Shown here: positions 9,601 through 18,353 of the stretch, piece by piece
How the letters are laid out: each line of letters opens with the position of its first letter
Position numbering within the stretch: position 1 is the stretch's first letter
Origin: Flavitalea sp.
GTDB lineage: Bacteria; Bacteroidota; Bacteroidia; Chitinophagales; Chitinophagaceae
DNA length: 64,000 bases
Reading direction: 5' to 3'
Assembly (NCBI GenBank): GCA_044224935.1
Contig: JBGAJL010000007.1
Coordinates: forward strand, 4,161-68,160
Translations under genes and position numbers: made by a program
The notes under the pieces: model-generated
What the model was told of the DNA's origin: nothing
Databases searched by the model: none
What the model saw: the letters and a program-made list of their open reading frames with translations, nothing else

Positions 9601-9828
9601 ATTAATGACGCCAGCTATATAAGGCTTAAAAATGTGGAGATTGGCTACAACCTGCCAACCCGGATGATGAGCAGGCTAAAAATTAATGGAATCAGAATTT
9701 TTGCCAATGGCTTTAACCTGGTGACTTTAGACAGGCTGCCTACAAAGAACTTCGATCCTGAACTCACAGGGGACCTTTCCTACCCCCTTGTCCGTATATA
9801 TAATTTTGGAATCGATGTTCATTTCTAA
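6628..9828 (+). CDS. susC: SusC/RagA-family TonB-dependent outer-membrane transporter (PUL 1)
   Basis: 1066 aa. CarboxypepD_reg-like segment (IHGRILNEKGEPLSGASIEEKG), plug motifs (DEVVVVGYGKQKK, LFIRGQGT, VDGIERD, ILKDASSTAVFGVRGANGVILITTRRG) and a C-terminal ...NFGIDVHF with terminal Phe. A SusD gene follows after 18 nt. Confidence 0.95.
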   Translation: MKKIDDHANDLLHPCFKHVLLIKLALIALLINTFPATARTSSAEKKIGLRKIFINLSSENNKFSGERFEFINAVLPIHGRILNEKGEPLSGASIEEKGKNNGTTSAADGSFSIKVANENAILVISIVGYTQMEVPVKNNRTPTIVLTALQNNMDEVVVVGYGKQKKLSVTGAIASIQTKELKQSPAANLAVSLAGRLPGLTAIQKSGEPGRDLTQLFIRGQGTVNVQSPIIMVDGIERDLKSIDPNEVESVTILKDASSTAVFGVRGANGVILITTRRGRSEAPEVSYSFQTGMQDFPRLIKPVNAFEYATLKNLALTNDGLSPAYSDDALERYKLHDDPVRYPDNDWNKINLKKYAFMQRQNLTISGGGKFAKYFVNAGYLKQGGQFRTEPGQPLGYDPAFKLDRYSFRSNIDFQLNKNLTAFLNVAGYVEKINSPWGATGSNASLYIIAFGNDMPANAPGPLTQKGEVLVGSAGQWSQFALINRSGYVKTTSGNITSSYGMEQKLDFITKGLSAKAMVSFDLTPVNNLSASRGYESWMQVIDPNLKGIDGKDSVYYVPSNAGVNTPLSLTGNTSFTSLSNIQATINYSRTFNKHSLTSLVLFQQQNLVIDAQLPFNSRGFATRWAYGYDSRYFLEFDAGYNGSEQFAKKKRYGFFPALSGAWVISKESFLEDVSAISLLKLRASYGLVGNDRLGAQRFLYLDDVQLSGGGYSSSLGLGQTVITNLLKNENLRWEVAKKLNVGVELGLFNTITLSVDVFNERRNNILRNRGTVPLLNGLPISVLAPVNIGVVENKGYEIELDYQKKFDKDWSFLGKLNLNYARNHQLNADEPLLPEDYAYRYRETGYRIGQLFGYKVDKYFDSQDEIDLSPVQNVGGHPSRPGDFKYRDINGDGVVDLKDQAPILYSSVPEYSFGMALQTSYKNFDLSVLVQGVTNVSNYYMFRGTNSVSNYVARHLESWTEDRASKGLPIEYPRLTTQANPNEIMNDFFINDASYIRLKNVEIGYNLPTRMMSRLKINGIRIFANGFNLVTLDRLPTKNFDPELTGDLSYPLVRIYNFGIDVHF

Positions 9829-9846
9829 CAATTAAGAGATACTGCA

Positions 9847-11568
9847 ATGAAAAAGCTTTTAATATACACTTTCTTTATTATTTGCGTGTTTGCGAGTTGT
9901 AACAAGAAGTTTCTTGATATAACCCCGAACGGGCGAATAACGCTGAATGATATCTTCAATAACGAAGACAGAACAGGTGCATACTTAAACAAAGTATACG
10001 CACATATACCGAGCTATTACTGGTTTTATAATTTTTATGCATTCCTGGCAGGAATTTCCGATGATGCCCACGACAGCGATGTGGGTAATGAAACCAGCAG
10101 TATGGCACACCAGTGGTTTGGGAATGCTTTAACTCCCAGCAGCGATCCTACCGGCGACTCTTACTCGGTTTTATGGGCAGGCATTTACGATGCAAATGTT
10201 TTCCTGGAAAATATAGACGGCGCCAATGTTACGACCGGCAACAAAAAAATGCGTTATAAAGCAGAGGCGCAGTTACTGCGCGCTTTTTACTACCTGGAAC
10301 TGGTCAAAAAATATGGACCTCTGCCATTCGTCGACAAGCCTTTTGATAACAGCTTCGACTATTCACAGCTGACACGCCCTTCATTTCAGGAAGTCACCGA
10401 TAAAATTGTCAACGATTGTGATTCCGCCATCAACAATCCGGCATTACCGATGCGGATCACCACCGACAATGAGCGGGGACGGTTTACAAAAGCAATCGCT
10501 TACGCCATTAAATCGGAGATATTATTATTTAATGCCAGCCCGCTCTGGAATCCATCCAATGATGCGGCAAAATGGCAAGCGGCTTCAAATGCCGGACAGG
10601 AAGCGCTCCAGGCATTAACCGCCAATGACACCTACAAGCTATTCAACAATTATAGCCTGTACTTTTTACATAATTCCGATATTTCTGCGACACCCCTCGA
10701 CAAAGAAACAATTTTTGAACGGCCGCTGGGAGGTGCTTCTGCCCTTATTAACAGCATTCCAAGTAAGCCGGGAATGATGAAAGCCGGCTCCTGTCCTTCG
10801 CAGGAACTGGTTGACAGTTATGATATGCAAGCGACCGGGGAACCGCCCATACTGGGATACCAGGATGAGCAGCATCTGCAGCCTATCGTTAATTCCGCTT
10901 CAGGATACGATCCGAACAATCCCTTTGATAATCGCGATCCGCGCTTTTATGCAACGGTTTGGTATAATGGCGCCATATATGATATGGGCAACGGCTTATT
11001 GCATACGATGGCTACATATGCCGGCGGCGCCGACCAGATTCTCAAAACACCGCCCAGCAGGCGAAACACCCACACCGGGTATTATTTAAGGAAATTCATA
11101 GATCCCACCATCCCGGATCAGAATCAGCAGAACTCATCCAATTGGAAAAAATTCAGGCTTGCCGAAATATACCTCAACTATGCCGAAGCAGAAAATGAAG
11201 CGAACGGGCCTACGGCGAATGTTTACAACGCGGTAAATATAATCCGGGAAAGGGCCCAAATGCCCGATCTGCCAGCAGGATTGAACCAGGCGCAGATGCG
11301 GGATCGCATACGCAGGGAAAGACGGGTGGAATTTGCATTCGAAGAACTGCGGTTCTGGGATGTGCGGAGATGGAAAATACTGGATAAAACAGACAAATAT
11401 GTAACAGGTATGGAGCCTATTAAAAACAACGATGGTTCGTTCAGCTTTGAACGGTTTGTTGTAAGAAATACAAACGTATGGCAAAGCAGGTATTTGCTGT
11501 TTCCTATCCCGCTTAAAGATGCATCCATCATTCCTGATTTCAGCAAAAATCAGAACCCGGGCTGGTGA
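9847..11568 (+). CDS. susD: SusD/RagB-family nutrient-binding outer-membrane lipoprotein (PUL 1)
   Basis: Lipobox FIICVFASC. SusD blocks RAFYYLELVKKYGPLP, FRLAEIYLNYAEAENE, RRERRVEFAFEELRFWDVRRWK. It ends in NQNPGW. Confidence 0.95.
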   Translation: MKKLLIYTFFIICVFASCNKKFLDITPNGRITLNDIFNNEDRTGAYLNKVYAHIPSYYWFYNFYAFLAGISDDAHDSDVGNETSSMAHQWFGNALTPSSDPTGDSYSVLWAGIYDANVFLENIDGANVTTGNKKMRYKAEAQLLRAFYYLELVKKYGPLPFVDKPFDNSFDYSQLTRPSFQEVTDKIVNDCDSAINNPALPMRITTDNERGRFTKAIAYAIKSEILLFNASPLWNPSNDAAKWQAASNAGQEALQALTANDTYKLFNNYSLYFLHNSDISATPLDKETIFERPLGGASALINSIPSKPGMMKAGSCPSQELVDSYDMQATGEPPILGYQDEQHLQPIVNSASGYDPNNPFDNRDPRFYATVWYNGAIYDMGNGLLHTMATYAGGADQILKTPPSRRNTHTGYYLRKFIDPTIPDQNQQNSSNWKKFRLAEIYLNYAEAENEANGPTANVYNAVNIIRERAQMPDLPAGLNQAQMRDRIRRERRVEFAFEELRFWDVRRWKILDKTDKYVTGMEPIKNNDGSFSFERFVVRNTNVWQSRYLLFPIPLKDASIIPDFSKNQNPGW

Positions 11569-11609
11569 CCTGATAGTTAACAACTATAATAATTATTTAA
11601 AAGAGCAGC

Positions 11610-12797
11610 ATGAAGATCAAATATATAATACTGATGTTGACAGTCTTGGCATCATGTAATAAAAACGCGATCGATGTGGAAGACCTTAGCCGGTTCCACA
11701 AAGTATATATTGTACAGGCTGGCCAAAACCCGTTTGCGAGCCTATTGAAAATTACAGATTCGGTACAAACCATCCGCATAAACGGAGGTATCGGCGGAAC
11801 AAAGCCCGCGGACGAAGATCTCCAGCTCAGTTTTGAAGTTATGGATGACTCTGTTGCAGCGTACAATGCAAAAAATTTCACCAATTACGAAATTGTGCCC
11901 AGGGAATGTTTTCAGCTTTCATCCGAAAAAGTATCAATTAAGAAAGGAGAATATTTTTCCACCCCGGTGGAAATACAATTTAAAACCCTCGGTTATATAG
12001 AAGGGGGTAAATCCTATCTGCTGCCTATTGGCATAAGCAAAGCAGTAAATGGAATTCCCGTTAATGAAAAGTACGGAGTAGTTTACCTGCTGATTACCGG
12101 ATCGTACCCACTCGGAAAAGAACCACCCAAAATTGTATATGACCTGTCTGGCAAATCGCTGATTTCAGCATTTCTCTATCAGAGTGCGTTGATATTAGTA
12201 GAATCGAATGGAGTATTCAGCACACATGAATGGGATGCCGCCAACAACGTCTATAGCCCTACCGATGTTTTCCCCAACGGCGGATGGAATATATTTGACA
12301 TGGTGCTCGGTTCAAATGGAAGGTTGATTACCCGTTGGGCAGGTTCAGGTATGTTGTGGGAATATCCATTTGATGTGTCGAAGAGAAGCATGAGTTTCGA
12401 TGGCGTATCCCGGGGAACCAATTTCAATGATTACGATGTCATTAGTTACTCACAGCAATTTGATGCACTGATATGCAAAACACCAGCAGGTGAACTGTCA
12501 CTCATCAAAAGGAGCGCTTCGGCATGGGATCAAAAAACCACGCTAAGTAGTGATTTTGCGGACTTCAGTAAAATCGAAGCCTACCTGAATGGTTTTCTTT
12601 GTGTGGATCAGAGCGGAGAACTGTTTTTCTGTGCGATAAACAGTGATTTAAGCCTGGGAGAAAAAACACATGTGGGAAGCGGATGGTCGAAGTACAGCAA
12701 GATCATGTCCAGGGGAAATCAGTTGCTGGGATTGGATTATAACGGCGTTCTATGGATATATAATTTCGATCTCGCCGGCTTCTGGGATATTCGATAG
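11610..12797 (+). CDS. Surface lipoprotein: DUF1735 (BT_3987-like) N-terminal domain + five-repeat tachylectin-2-like beta-propeller (candidate surface glycan-binding protein)
   Basis: Lipobox MLTVLASC. The N-terminal half resembles DUF1735 (DLQLSFEVMDDSVAAYNAKNFTNYEIVP...SIKKGEY). The C-terminal half (from about nt 12132) has five ~40-aa repeats of the pattern G-W-x-f-x(8-12)-G-x-L-w-x-Y. It occupies the SusE/F position. Confidence 0.75.
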   Translation: MKIKYIILMLTVLASCNKNAIDVEDLSRFHKVYIVQAGQNPFASLLKITDSVQTIRINGGIGGTKPADEDLQLSFEVMDDSVAAYNAKNFTNYEIVPRECFQLSSEKVSIKKGEYFSTPVEIQFKTLGYIEGGKSYLLPIGISKAVNGIPVNEKYGVVYLLITGSYPLGKEPPKIVYDLSGKSLISAFLYQSALILVESNGVFSTHEWDAANNVYSPTDVFPNGGWNIFDMVLGSNGRLITRWAGSGMLWEYPFDVSKRSMSFDGVSRGTNFNDYDVISYSQQFDALICKTPAGELSLIKRSASAWDQKTTLSSDFADFSKIEAYLNGFLCVDQSGELFFCAINSDLSLGEKTHVGSGWSKYSKIMSRGNQLLGLDYNGVLWIYNFDLAGFWDIR

Positions 12798-12834
12798 AGA
12801 AAATTGTGATAACTATAAATTAATAAGATAGACT

Positions 12835-14607
12835 ATGAAAAGAAGATCCGTAATAAAAAATGGTTTGGCTGTAGGCACATGGTCCGTACTCGGTGCCCCG
12901 ATTTTATCCGCAGGTCGCAGTCCGGATCATGAGAAAAAACAGGCAGAAGCGGGCATAGAAAAAGGCCAGCTCCAATTTTGGCTGGAAACATCTATGCGCC
13001 GGGTGTATCCCAATACGCCGTCGGGTAGCAGGGAACAATTAACGTTGCTGGCCGCGCGAAATGAACAAATCTCGTTCCAGGTATGCTTCAAAAATCTGAG
13101 CACCGATTCGGCCGAAGTAAAATGTGAACTGGCAGACGAGGGCGGCTTCAAAACGCGAATAAGGCGGGTAGGCTTTGTACCTATGAAGCAACTGAATACC
13201 TATACACCCAAAGATGAGTTGGAAGGAATAGGATTTATACCCGGACTTTGCCCCGATCCGCTTTTCGATGAAACCAGCGCGCACGTGGGCCCCATATCCA
13301 ATGGCGTATTTTGGGTTACCGTTTCCGTGCCGCAGGATATGAGCCCCGGCGTGCATACAATGCAGGTAAAAATGACTTTACTAAACCGTTATGGATATGT
13401 AGGATTTACAAATCCGGAGCAGGTAAGCGTTCTTTTACCGGTTAAAATCGATGTACGGTCACTGGTGGTGGCACCCCGTAAGAATTTCCCCGTAACAAAC
13501 TGGGTCTCGGCCGATTCCATATGGGAGTATTACAAAATAGAACCCTGCAGCGATCGCTTCTGGGAACTGGCAGATAAATTTATCGCCAATCTCGTTGCCC
13601 ATCATAATAATGTACTGTACACCCCTATTTTTAATGCGCGGCATGAGCTTTTGAAACGTCCCGCACAGTTGCTCAAAGTGAAAAAGCTGGGGAAAGATCA
13701 ATACGAATTTGATTTCGGCGACGTTCGAAAATGGGTTCAACTGGCTTTAAAACATGGTGCCAGCTATATTGAATGGACACATTTTTTTACGCCGGCGCCT
13801 ACCAGTGGAAAATATCCGCAGCGTATTTACGAGCGCACGGGGAGCACGGTGGGTGAAATGCTTTGGCCTCCTGAAATAAGCGCCACGTCCGATACCTATA
13901 AAAATTTTCTGAAACAATTTATTCCACAGTTTAAAATTTTCCTCGAACAGGAGAAAATCCTCAACCGCTCATTTTTTCATTGTGCAGATGAACCCGATGG
14001 GCCGGAGCAGGTGGCCGATTATAAAAAGGCCAGGGCACTATTGAAGGAACTGGCGCCATGGATGCTCGTAATGGATGCGCTGAGCGATACCCGCTACGCA
14101 AAAGAGAAGATAACGGACATGCCTATCCCAAGTATTACTTCGGCCCTGGAATTTAAGGCAGAAGGAATAAAGTCATGGGTGTATTTTTGCTGTGGCCCGA
14201 GGGATAGCTACCTGCAACGCTTGTTTGATACGCCATTAGCAAAAATAAGAATGAATGGCGCCGTCTTCTATAAACTGGAAGCACATGGCTTCCTGCATTG
14301 GGGCTATAACTATTGGTATAAGTTCGTGACCAGCGAGATTACAGATCCGTTTATTAATGGTGATGTTACAGCCTGGCCCGGCCTTCCTTACGGGGATCCG
14401 TTCGTCGTTTACCCGGGGCCCGACGGCCCGTTAGATTCCATACGATGGGAAGTATTTGCCCAGGGGCTGCAGGACTATGCGCTATTGCAGTCTGCAGGTA
14501 TAAAGCCGACCGATCCCTTGCTGGCAGATATAAAAACCTATGCTGATTTTCCTAAAAATGAAGAATGGCATTCCAATTTAAGAAAAAAGATTTTAGACCG
14601 GTATTAA
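12835..14607 (+). CDS. DUF4091 / GH123-like glycoside hydrolase candidate with twin-arginine signal
   Basis: 590 aa. Tat-like signal MKRRSVIKNGLAVGTWSVLGAPILSAG. The motif FFHCADEPDG is typical of DUF4091 proteins, as I recall them. Confidence 0.6.
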   Translation: MKRRSVIKNGLAVGTWSVLGAPILSAGRSPDHEKKQAEAGIEKGQLQFWLETSMRRVYPNTPSGSREQLTLLAARNEQISFQVCFKNLSTDSAEVKCELADEGGFKTRIRRVGFVPMKQLNTYTPKDELEGIGFIPGLCPDPLFDETSAHVGPISNGVFWVTVSVPQDMSPGVHTMQVKMTLLNRYGYVGFTNPEQVSVLLPVKIDVRSLVVAPRKNFPVTNWVSADSIWEYYKIEPCSDRFWELADKFIANLVAHHNNVLYTPIFNARHELLKRPAQLLKVKKLGKDQYEFDFGDVRKWVQLALKHGASYIEWTHFFTPAPTSGKYPQRIYERTGSTVGEMLWPPEISATSDTYKNFLKQFIPQFKIFLEQEKILNRSFFHCADEPDGPEQVADYKKARALLKELAPWMLVMDALSDTRYAKEKITDMPIPSITSALEFKAEGIKSWVYFCCGPRDSYLQRLFDTPLAKIRMNGAVFYKLEAHGFLHWGYNYWYKFVTSEITDPFINGDVTAWPGLPYGDPFVVYPGPDGPLDSIRWEVFAQGLQDYALLQSAGIKPTDPLLADIKTYADFPKNEEWHSNLRKKILDRY

Positions 14608-14637
14608 CAGCAAATGCCCGTTAGCAAATAAAAAGTG

Positions 14638-15894
14638 ATGATGATTCGAAAAAAGTATAGTATAAGAATAGCCGTATTGACTTTATCTATTCTCTTTATA
14701 ACCCATATCGCGAAAGGACAGGATCGGTTTTCCAACGATGATTCTTTCTTCCCGTTGACCGCCTGGGATGATGTGAGGGATGAAGCGACCATAAAGAAAA
14801 TGGCAGATTGCGGCATTAACCTTATAGCATTCACACCCGCATCGCTGTTGGATGCCTGTAAAAAAAACGGCGTTAAAGCTATCCTTTATGACCCGGGTGT
14901 CTCACCCCGGTGGGACGAGGCTTTTAAGTCTGATACCGCAAACATTGCCTTGCGGGAAATAATCAGAAAATACAATAAGCATCCTGCATTATTCGGGTAT
15001 CATTTAAAAGACGAACCTGATGGAAATCAGTTTAAAGAGCTGGGAAAATCATCTACCCTTGTAAATAAACTGGCACCAGGAAAGTGGGCTTATATCAATT
15101 TGCCCCCCGGTATGGGTGCATGGTATGATTCGAGTTATATTCAACTTTTTGTTGATCAGTGCAAGCCCAAGATTATTTCCTATGATAATTACGCCATCGG
15201 AGAAAGCGACCGGTTTAATTTTTCGTGGGGATATTGGGCGAATATCTGGGATGTCCGGTCGGCATCTCTCCGGAATCATATTCCTTTTCATACTATTTTA
15301 TTGACAGCGGGTCATTTTGGATACCGGGCTCCGAGCTTTAATGATTTAGCATTGCAGGTTTACGGTGCTTTGGCGTATGGGGCAAAAGGATTAGGTTACT
15401 ATAAAGTTGTTGGAGAAACGCTTCAGGTGCTGCATGCTCCTGAGCTGGGAAACTGGAATGGCTCTCCTCTCGACGAGTTCCATGATATCAATCCCGTTCC
15501 GTATTACAATATGAAAAAAATCAACAAAAGAATTCGGGTTATGGCGCCTGTCTTGCTTAATCTGAAAAGTACCGATGTATACCATATTGGCGGCGACAGT
15601 ATCCCCCAACGGAATCACAGCATCACCGACACCAGCCTGATTCAGGGTATGGAATCCGGTTATGCATTTATTGTTGGAGAATTTACACATATCAAAGACG
15701 GAAGCAGGTGGATTATGATTGTAAATAAAGATTTAAAAGCATCCACTTTTGTGCGGCCGAAATTTTCAAAAAGAATAGACCCTTCTTCTATTAAAATACT
15801 GTCACAGGCAACAGGAAAGCTGATCGGCTGGCCCGGGATCTGGTTCTCCCTGGAACCGGGGCAGGGGGTCCTGATGAAGGTAGATGTAAAATAA
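14638..15894 (+). CDS. Secreted hypothetical protein, GH42-like TIM-barrel glycosidase candidate
   Basis: Signal peptide (IRIAVLTLSILFITHIAKGQ). Blocks FPLTAWDDV...MADCGINLIAF and GYHLKDEPDG are reminiscent of the N-terminal (beta/alpha)8 domain of GH42-type enzymes. The family is not assigned. A GTG at 14635 is an alternative start. Confidence 0.45.
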   Translation: MMIRKKYSIRIAVLTLSILFITHIAKGQDRFSNDDSFFPLTAWDDVRDEATIKKMADCGINLIAFTPASLLDACKKNGVKAILYDPGVSPRWDEAFKSDTANIALREIIRKYNKHPALFGYHLKDEPDGNQFKELGKSSTLVNKLAPGKWAYINLPPGMGAWYDSSYIQLFVDQCKPKIISYDNYAIGESDRFNFSWGYWANIWDVRSASLRNHIPFHTILLTAGHFGYRAPSFNDLALQVYGALAYGAKGLGYYKVVGETLQVLHAPELGNWNGSPLDEFHDINPVPYYNMKKINKRIRVMAPVLLNLKSTDVYHIGGDSIPQRNHSITDTSLIQGMESGYAFIVGEFTHIKDGSRWIMIVNKDLKASTFVRPKFSKRIDPSSIKILSQATGKLIGWPGIWFSLEPGQGVLMKVDVK

Positions 15895-15901
15895 CGATGC
15901 C

Positions 15902-16567
15902 ATGTTCCAGTTTTCCGAAATTACACCGTGGGGAAAGAACCTGGAGGAAAGTAAAACTATTTTCGGTTTAACGAATGAAGATCTCGAAAAAAAGATAGCA
16001 GGCTTTGCGGACGGGGCTTCCAGCTTAAATTGCGAGCTCAGCCGTATGGGTAAAGACATTATTTCTTTTGATCCGATATATGGTCTGCCGGAAGAATATT
16101 TACGATCCTGCTTCAGCGAGGTTATGGAACGATCTTCCCTGTTTATAAAAAGCGCACCCGATGCACAACACGTGGAATTAAAAGAAATAGAAAAGATCAG
16201 GAAAAAAACGGTGAACCTGTTCCTGGAAGATTATGAAGCCGGGCAAAAAGAAGGAAGATACAGGCCTTACAGCTTTCCAGGAACAACAGGTTTTGCGGAT
16301 CAATTTTTTGATCTTGGGCTTTGTTCCAACTTCCTTATGCTGTATGAAGAATTAGGAATAGAATTTCACCTCGCATCGGTATCGGAAATGTTGAGAATTT
16401 CCCGCGAGATCAGGATATTTCCCGTGATCAACTTCCTTGGGCAGCGCTCAGCCATGCTACCTTCATTGACCAGCTATTTTCAGCATTTGTTCCGGATCGA
16501 ATTTGTTGATGTGTATTGCGAACCCGGACCGCAGAAATTCAGCATGCTAAAAATGAGCAGGCTTTAA
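15902..16567 (+). CDS. Class I SAM-dependent methyltransferase-like protein (cytoplasmic; no signal peptide)
   Basis: 221 aa. The pattern PWGKNLEES...FGL...LEKKIAGFADGASSLNCEL...ISFDPIY...GRY...FADQFFDLGLCSNFLMLY...IRIFPV is collinear with a widespread small methyltransferase family, as I recall it. Its stop overlaps the next start (TAATG). Confidence 0.45.
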   Translation: MFQFSEITPWGKNLEESKTIFGLTNEDLEKKIAGFADGASSLNCELSRMGKDIISFDPIYGLPEEYLRSCFSEVMERSSLFIKSAPDAQHVELKEIEKIRKKTVNLFLEDYEAGQKEGRYRPYSFPGTTGFADQFFDLGLCSNFLMLYEELGIEFHLASVSEMLRISREIRIFPVINFLGQRSAMLPSLTSYFQHLFRIEFVDVYCEPGPQKFSMLKMSRL

Positions 16568-18348
16568 TGTTCAACACGGAAATAAAATATTTGCTATTTG
16601 TTGTACTTCTACATACAACAGCAAAGCACACTCAGGCTCAGCCCCTGTTCGGCACGGATGAACTCGGCAGAACTTTACTGCAAAATAATTCGGTAGGTGA
16701 TCCCAGGCCCGGCAGGCATATTGCCTTGTTTTATTTTTTATGGCAGGGAGATAGCCGGTCCCCTACTTCCCCCGGGAAATGGGACCTGGATGAAATAGTC
16801 AGCCATCATCCGGAAGTGCTCGATGATAACAAAAATCTCAACTGGGGCGGAAACATCGGAGATTATTACTTTTGGGGACAACCTATCTACGGCTACTACC
16901 GGGGAGATGACTATTGGGTACATCTTAAAAACATTCAATTATTCACCGATGCCGGGGTGGACCTGCTGATACTGGATGCTACAAACGCCATTACCTATTC
17001 CTTACAGGCCGAAGTGCTGATGAAGGCTGCCGATGCTGTACGGGCGCAGGGAAAAGCGCCGCCGGCCATTGTCTTTTATACCAATACGGAATCCGGAAAA
17101 ACAATGCAGGAAGTCTATAATAATTTTTATAAACATGGCGCACCCTATTGGCACCCCGGCTGCTGGTTCCGCTTAGACGGTAAGCCGCTCATCATTGGCC
17201 ATGCAAAAGAAACAGAGGGAAGAGACTTTAATACCTTCTTTACTTTCCGGGAATCGCAGTGGCCCAATTTGCCACAGGTACCCAACGGCTGGCCCTGGAT
17301 CAGTTTCAACAGAGCTCCCGAAGTGCATTATAACCTCCGCGGCAAGCCGGAAATTGCCAATGTTTCCGTTGCACAGCATCCCGATCCCCTGGCAGGCATG
17401 GGCGGCGCTGCTTTTTATGGCAATAAAAACAATTGGGGAAGAAGCTATCACAACAACAGTCATGGTGATCCTGCTGAAGACATCCGGTATGGATATAATT
17501 TCCAGGAACAATGGGATCATGTTCTAAAAGAAAAACTTCCCTTTATTTTTGTTACGGGCTGGAATGAATGGATAGCCGGACGCTGGAAAAGCACGGATGA
17601 AAATCCTAAACACTCCTATTTCTGCGACCAGGCAAGTCCCGAATACAGCCGTGATATCGAACCCACGCTCACTGCCGGGTTAAAGGATAATTATTTTATG
17701 CAATTGGTAAATAATATCAGGCGGTATAAGGGAATTGAAAAAAACAATAGTATGCCACCGGTGAAACAAATACGTGATATGGATGACTGGAAAAAGATTT
17801 CTTTCGCGTACAGCGACTATACAGGAGATACACGGCACCGCGACCATCCCGGCGCACAATCAAAGCCCGCAGTCGTATATGCCAATACAACAGGCAGGAA
17901 TGATTTTCGTCTTGTTAAAGTGGCGCATAATAAAAAGAATTTGTTCTTTTATGCAGAGACAGTGAATGAGATAACCCCATTTTCGGGTGATAACTGGATG
18001 CGGCTGTATATTGACTGGGACAGAAACCCCGCGACGGGGTGGAATGGCTATGACTATCGTATTATAGGGGGTAATACACTTCAGCAATACAGAGCGGATG
18101 AATGGATTACCATTAACCCGGTACCACTTAATAAGATTATTGAAAAAAATAAACTGATGATCACTCTTCCCATATTCCTTCTTAAGGGGCACACGCCCAG
18201 GGAGTTTGAATTTAAGTGGAGCGACAATATGCAGCGGAACGACCCGATGGATTGGTATATTAACGGCGATGCTGTACCGGGAGGACGTTTTAATTATTGC
18301 TATACGCCGCAACTGCATAAAAAAGCAGGTGAGACAATCAGTAAATAA
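16567..18348 (+). CDS. Secreted unclassified glycosidase-like protein (GH99/GH71-like sequence pattern); paralogue of the N-terminal module of the 1483-aa fusion
   Basis: The start is moved to the ATG at 16567, which gives the signal peptide MFNTEIKYLLFVVLLHTTAKHTQAQ. Blocks FYFLWQGD, WGQPIYGYYRGDDYWV, AGVDLLILDATN, VTGWNEWIAGRW, SPEYSRDIEP. The family is not assigned. Confidence 0.6.
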   Translation: MFNTEIKYLLFVVLLHTTAKHTQAQPLFGTDELGRTLLQNNSVGDPRPGRHIALFYFLWQGDSRSPTSPGKWDLDEIVSHHPEVLDDNKNLNWGGNIGDYYFWGQPIYGYYRGDDYWVHLKNIQLFTDAGVDLLILDATNAITYSLQAEVLMKAADAVRAQGKAPPAIVFYTNTESGKTMQEVYNNFYKHGAPYWHPGCWFRLDGKPLIIGHAKETEGRDFNTFFTFRESQWPNLPQVPNGWPWISFNRAPEVHYNLRGKPEIANVSVAQHPDPLAGMGGAAFYGNKNNWGRSYHNNSHGDPAEDIRYGYNFQEQWDHVLKEKLPFIFVTGWNEWIAGRWKSTDENPKHSYFCDQASPEYSRDIEPTLTAGLKDNYFMQLVNNIRRYKGIEKNNSMPPVKQIRDMDDWKKISFAYSDYTGDTRHRDHPGAQSKPAVVYANTTGRNDFRLVKVAHNKKNLFFYAETVNEITPFSGDNWMRLYIDWDRNPATGWNGYDYRIIGGNTLQQYRADEWITINPVPLNKIIEKNKLMITLPIFLLKGHTPREFEFKWSDNMQRNDPMDWYINGDAVPGGRFNYCYTPQLHKKAGETISK

Positions 18349-18353
18349 TTTGT

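Noticed and set aside
16516-16566. N-terminal extension of the 610-aa ORF (MRTRTAEIQHAKNEQAL...) overlapping the methyltransferase-like gene by 52 nt.
   Set aside because: The internal ATG at 16567 is followed at once by a signal peptide and forms a TAATG stop/start junction with the upstream gene. The extension has no signal-like or conserved features.
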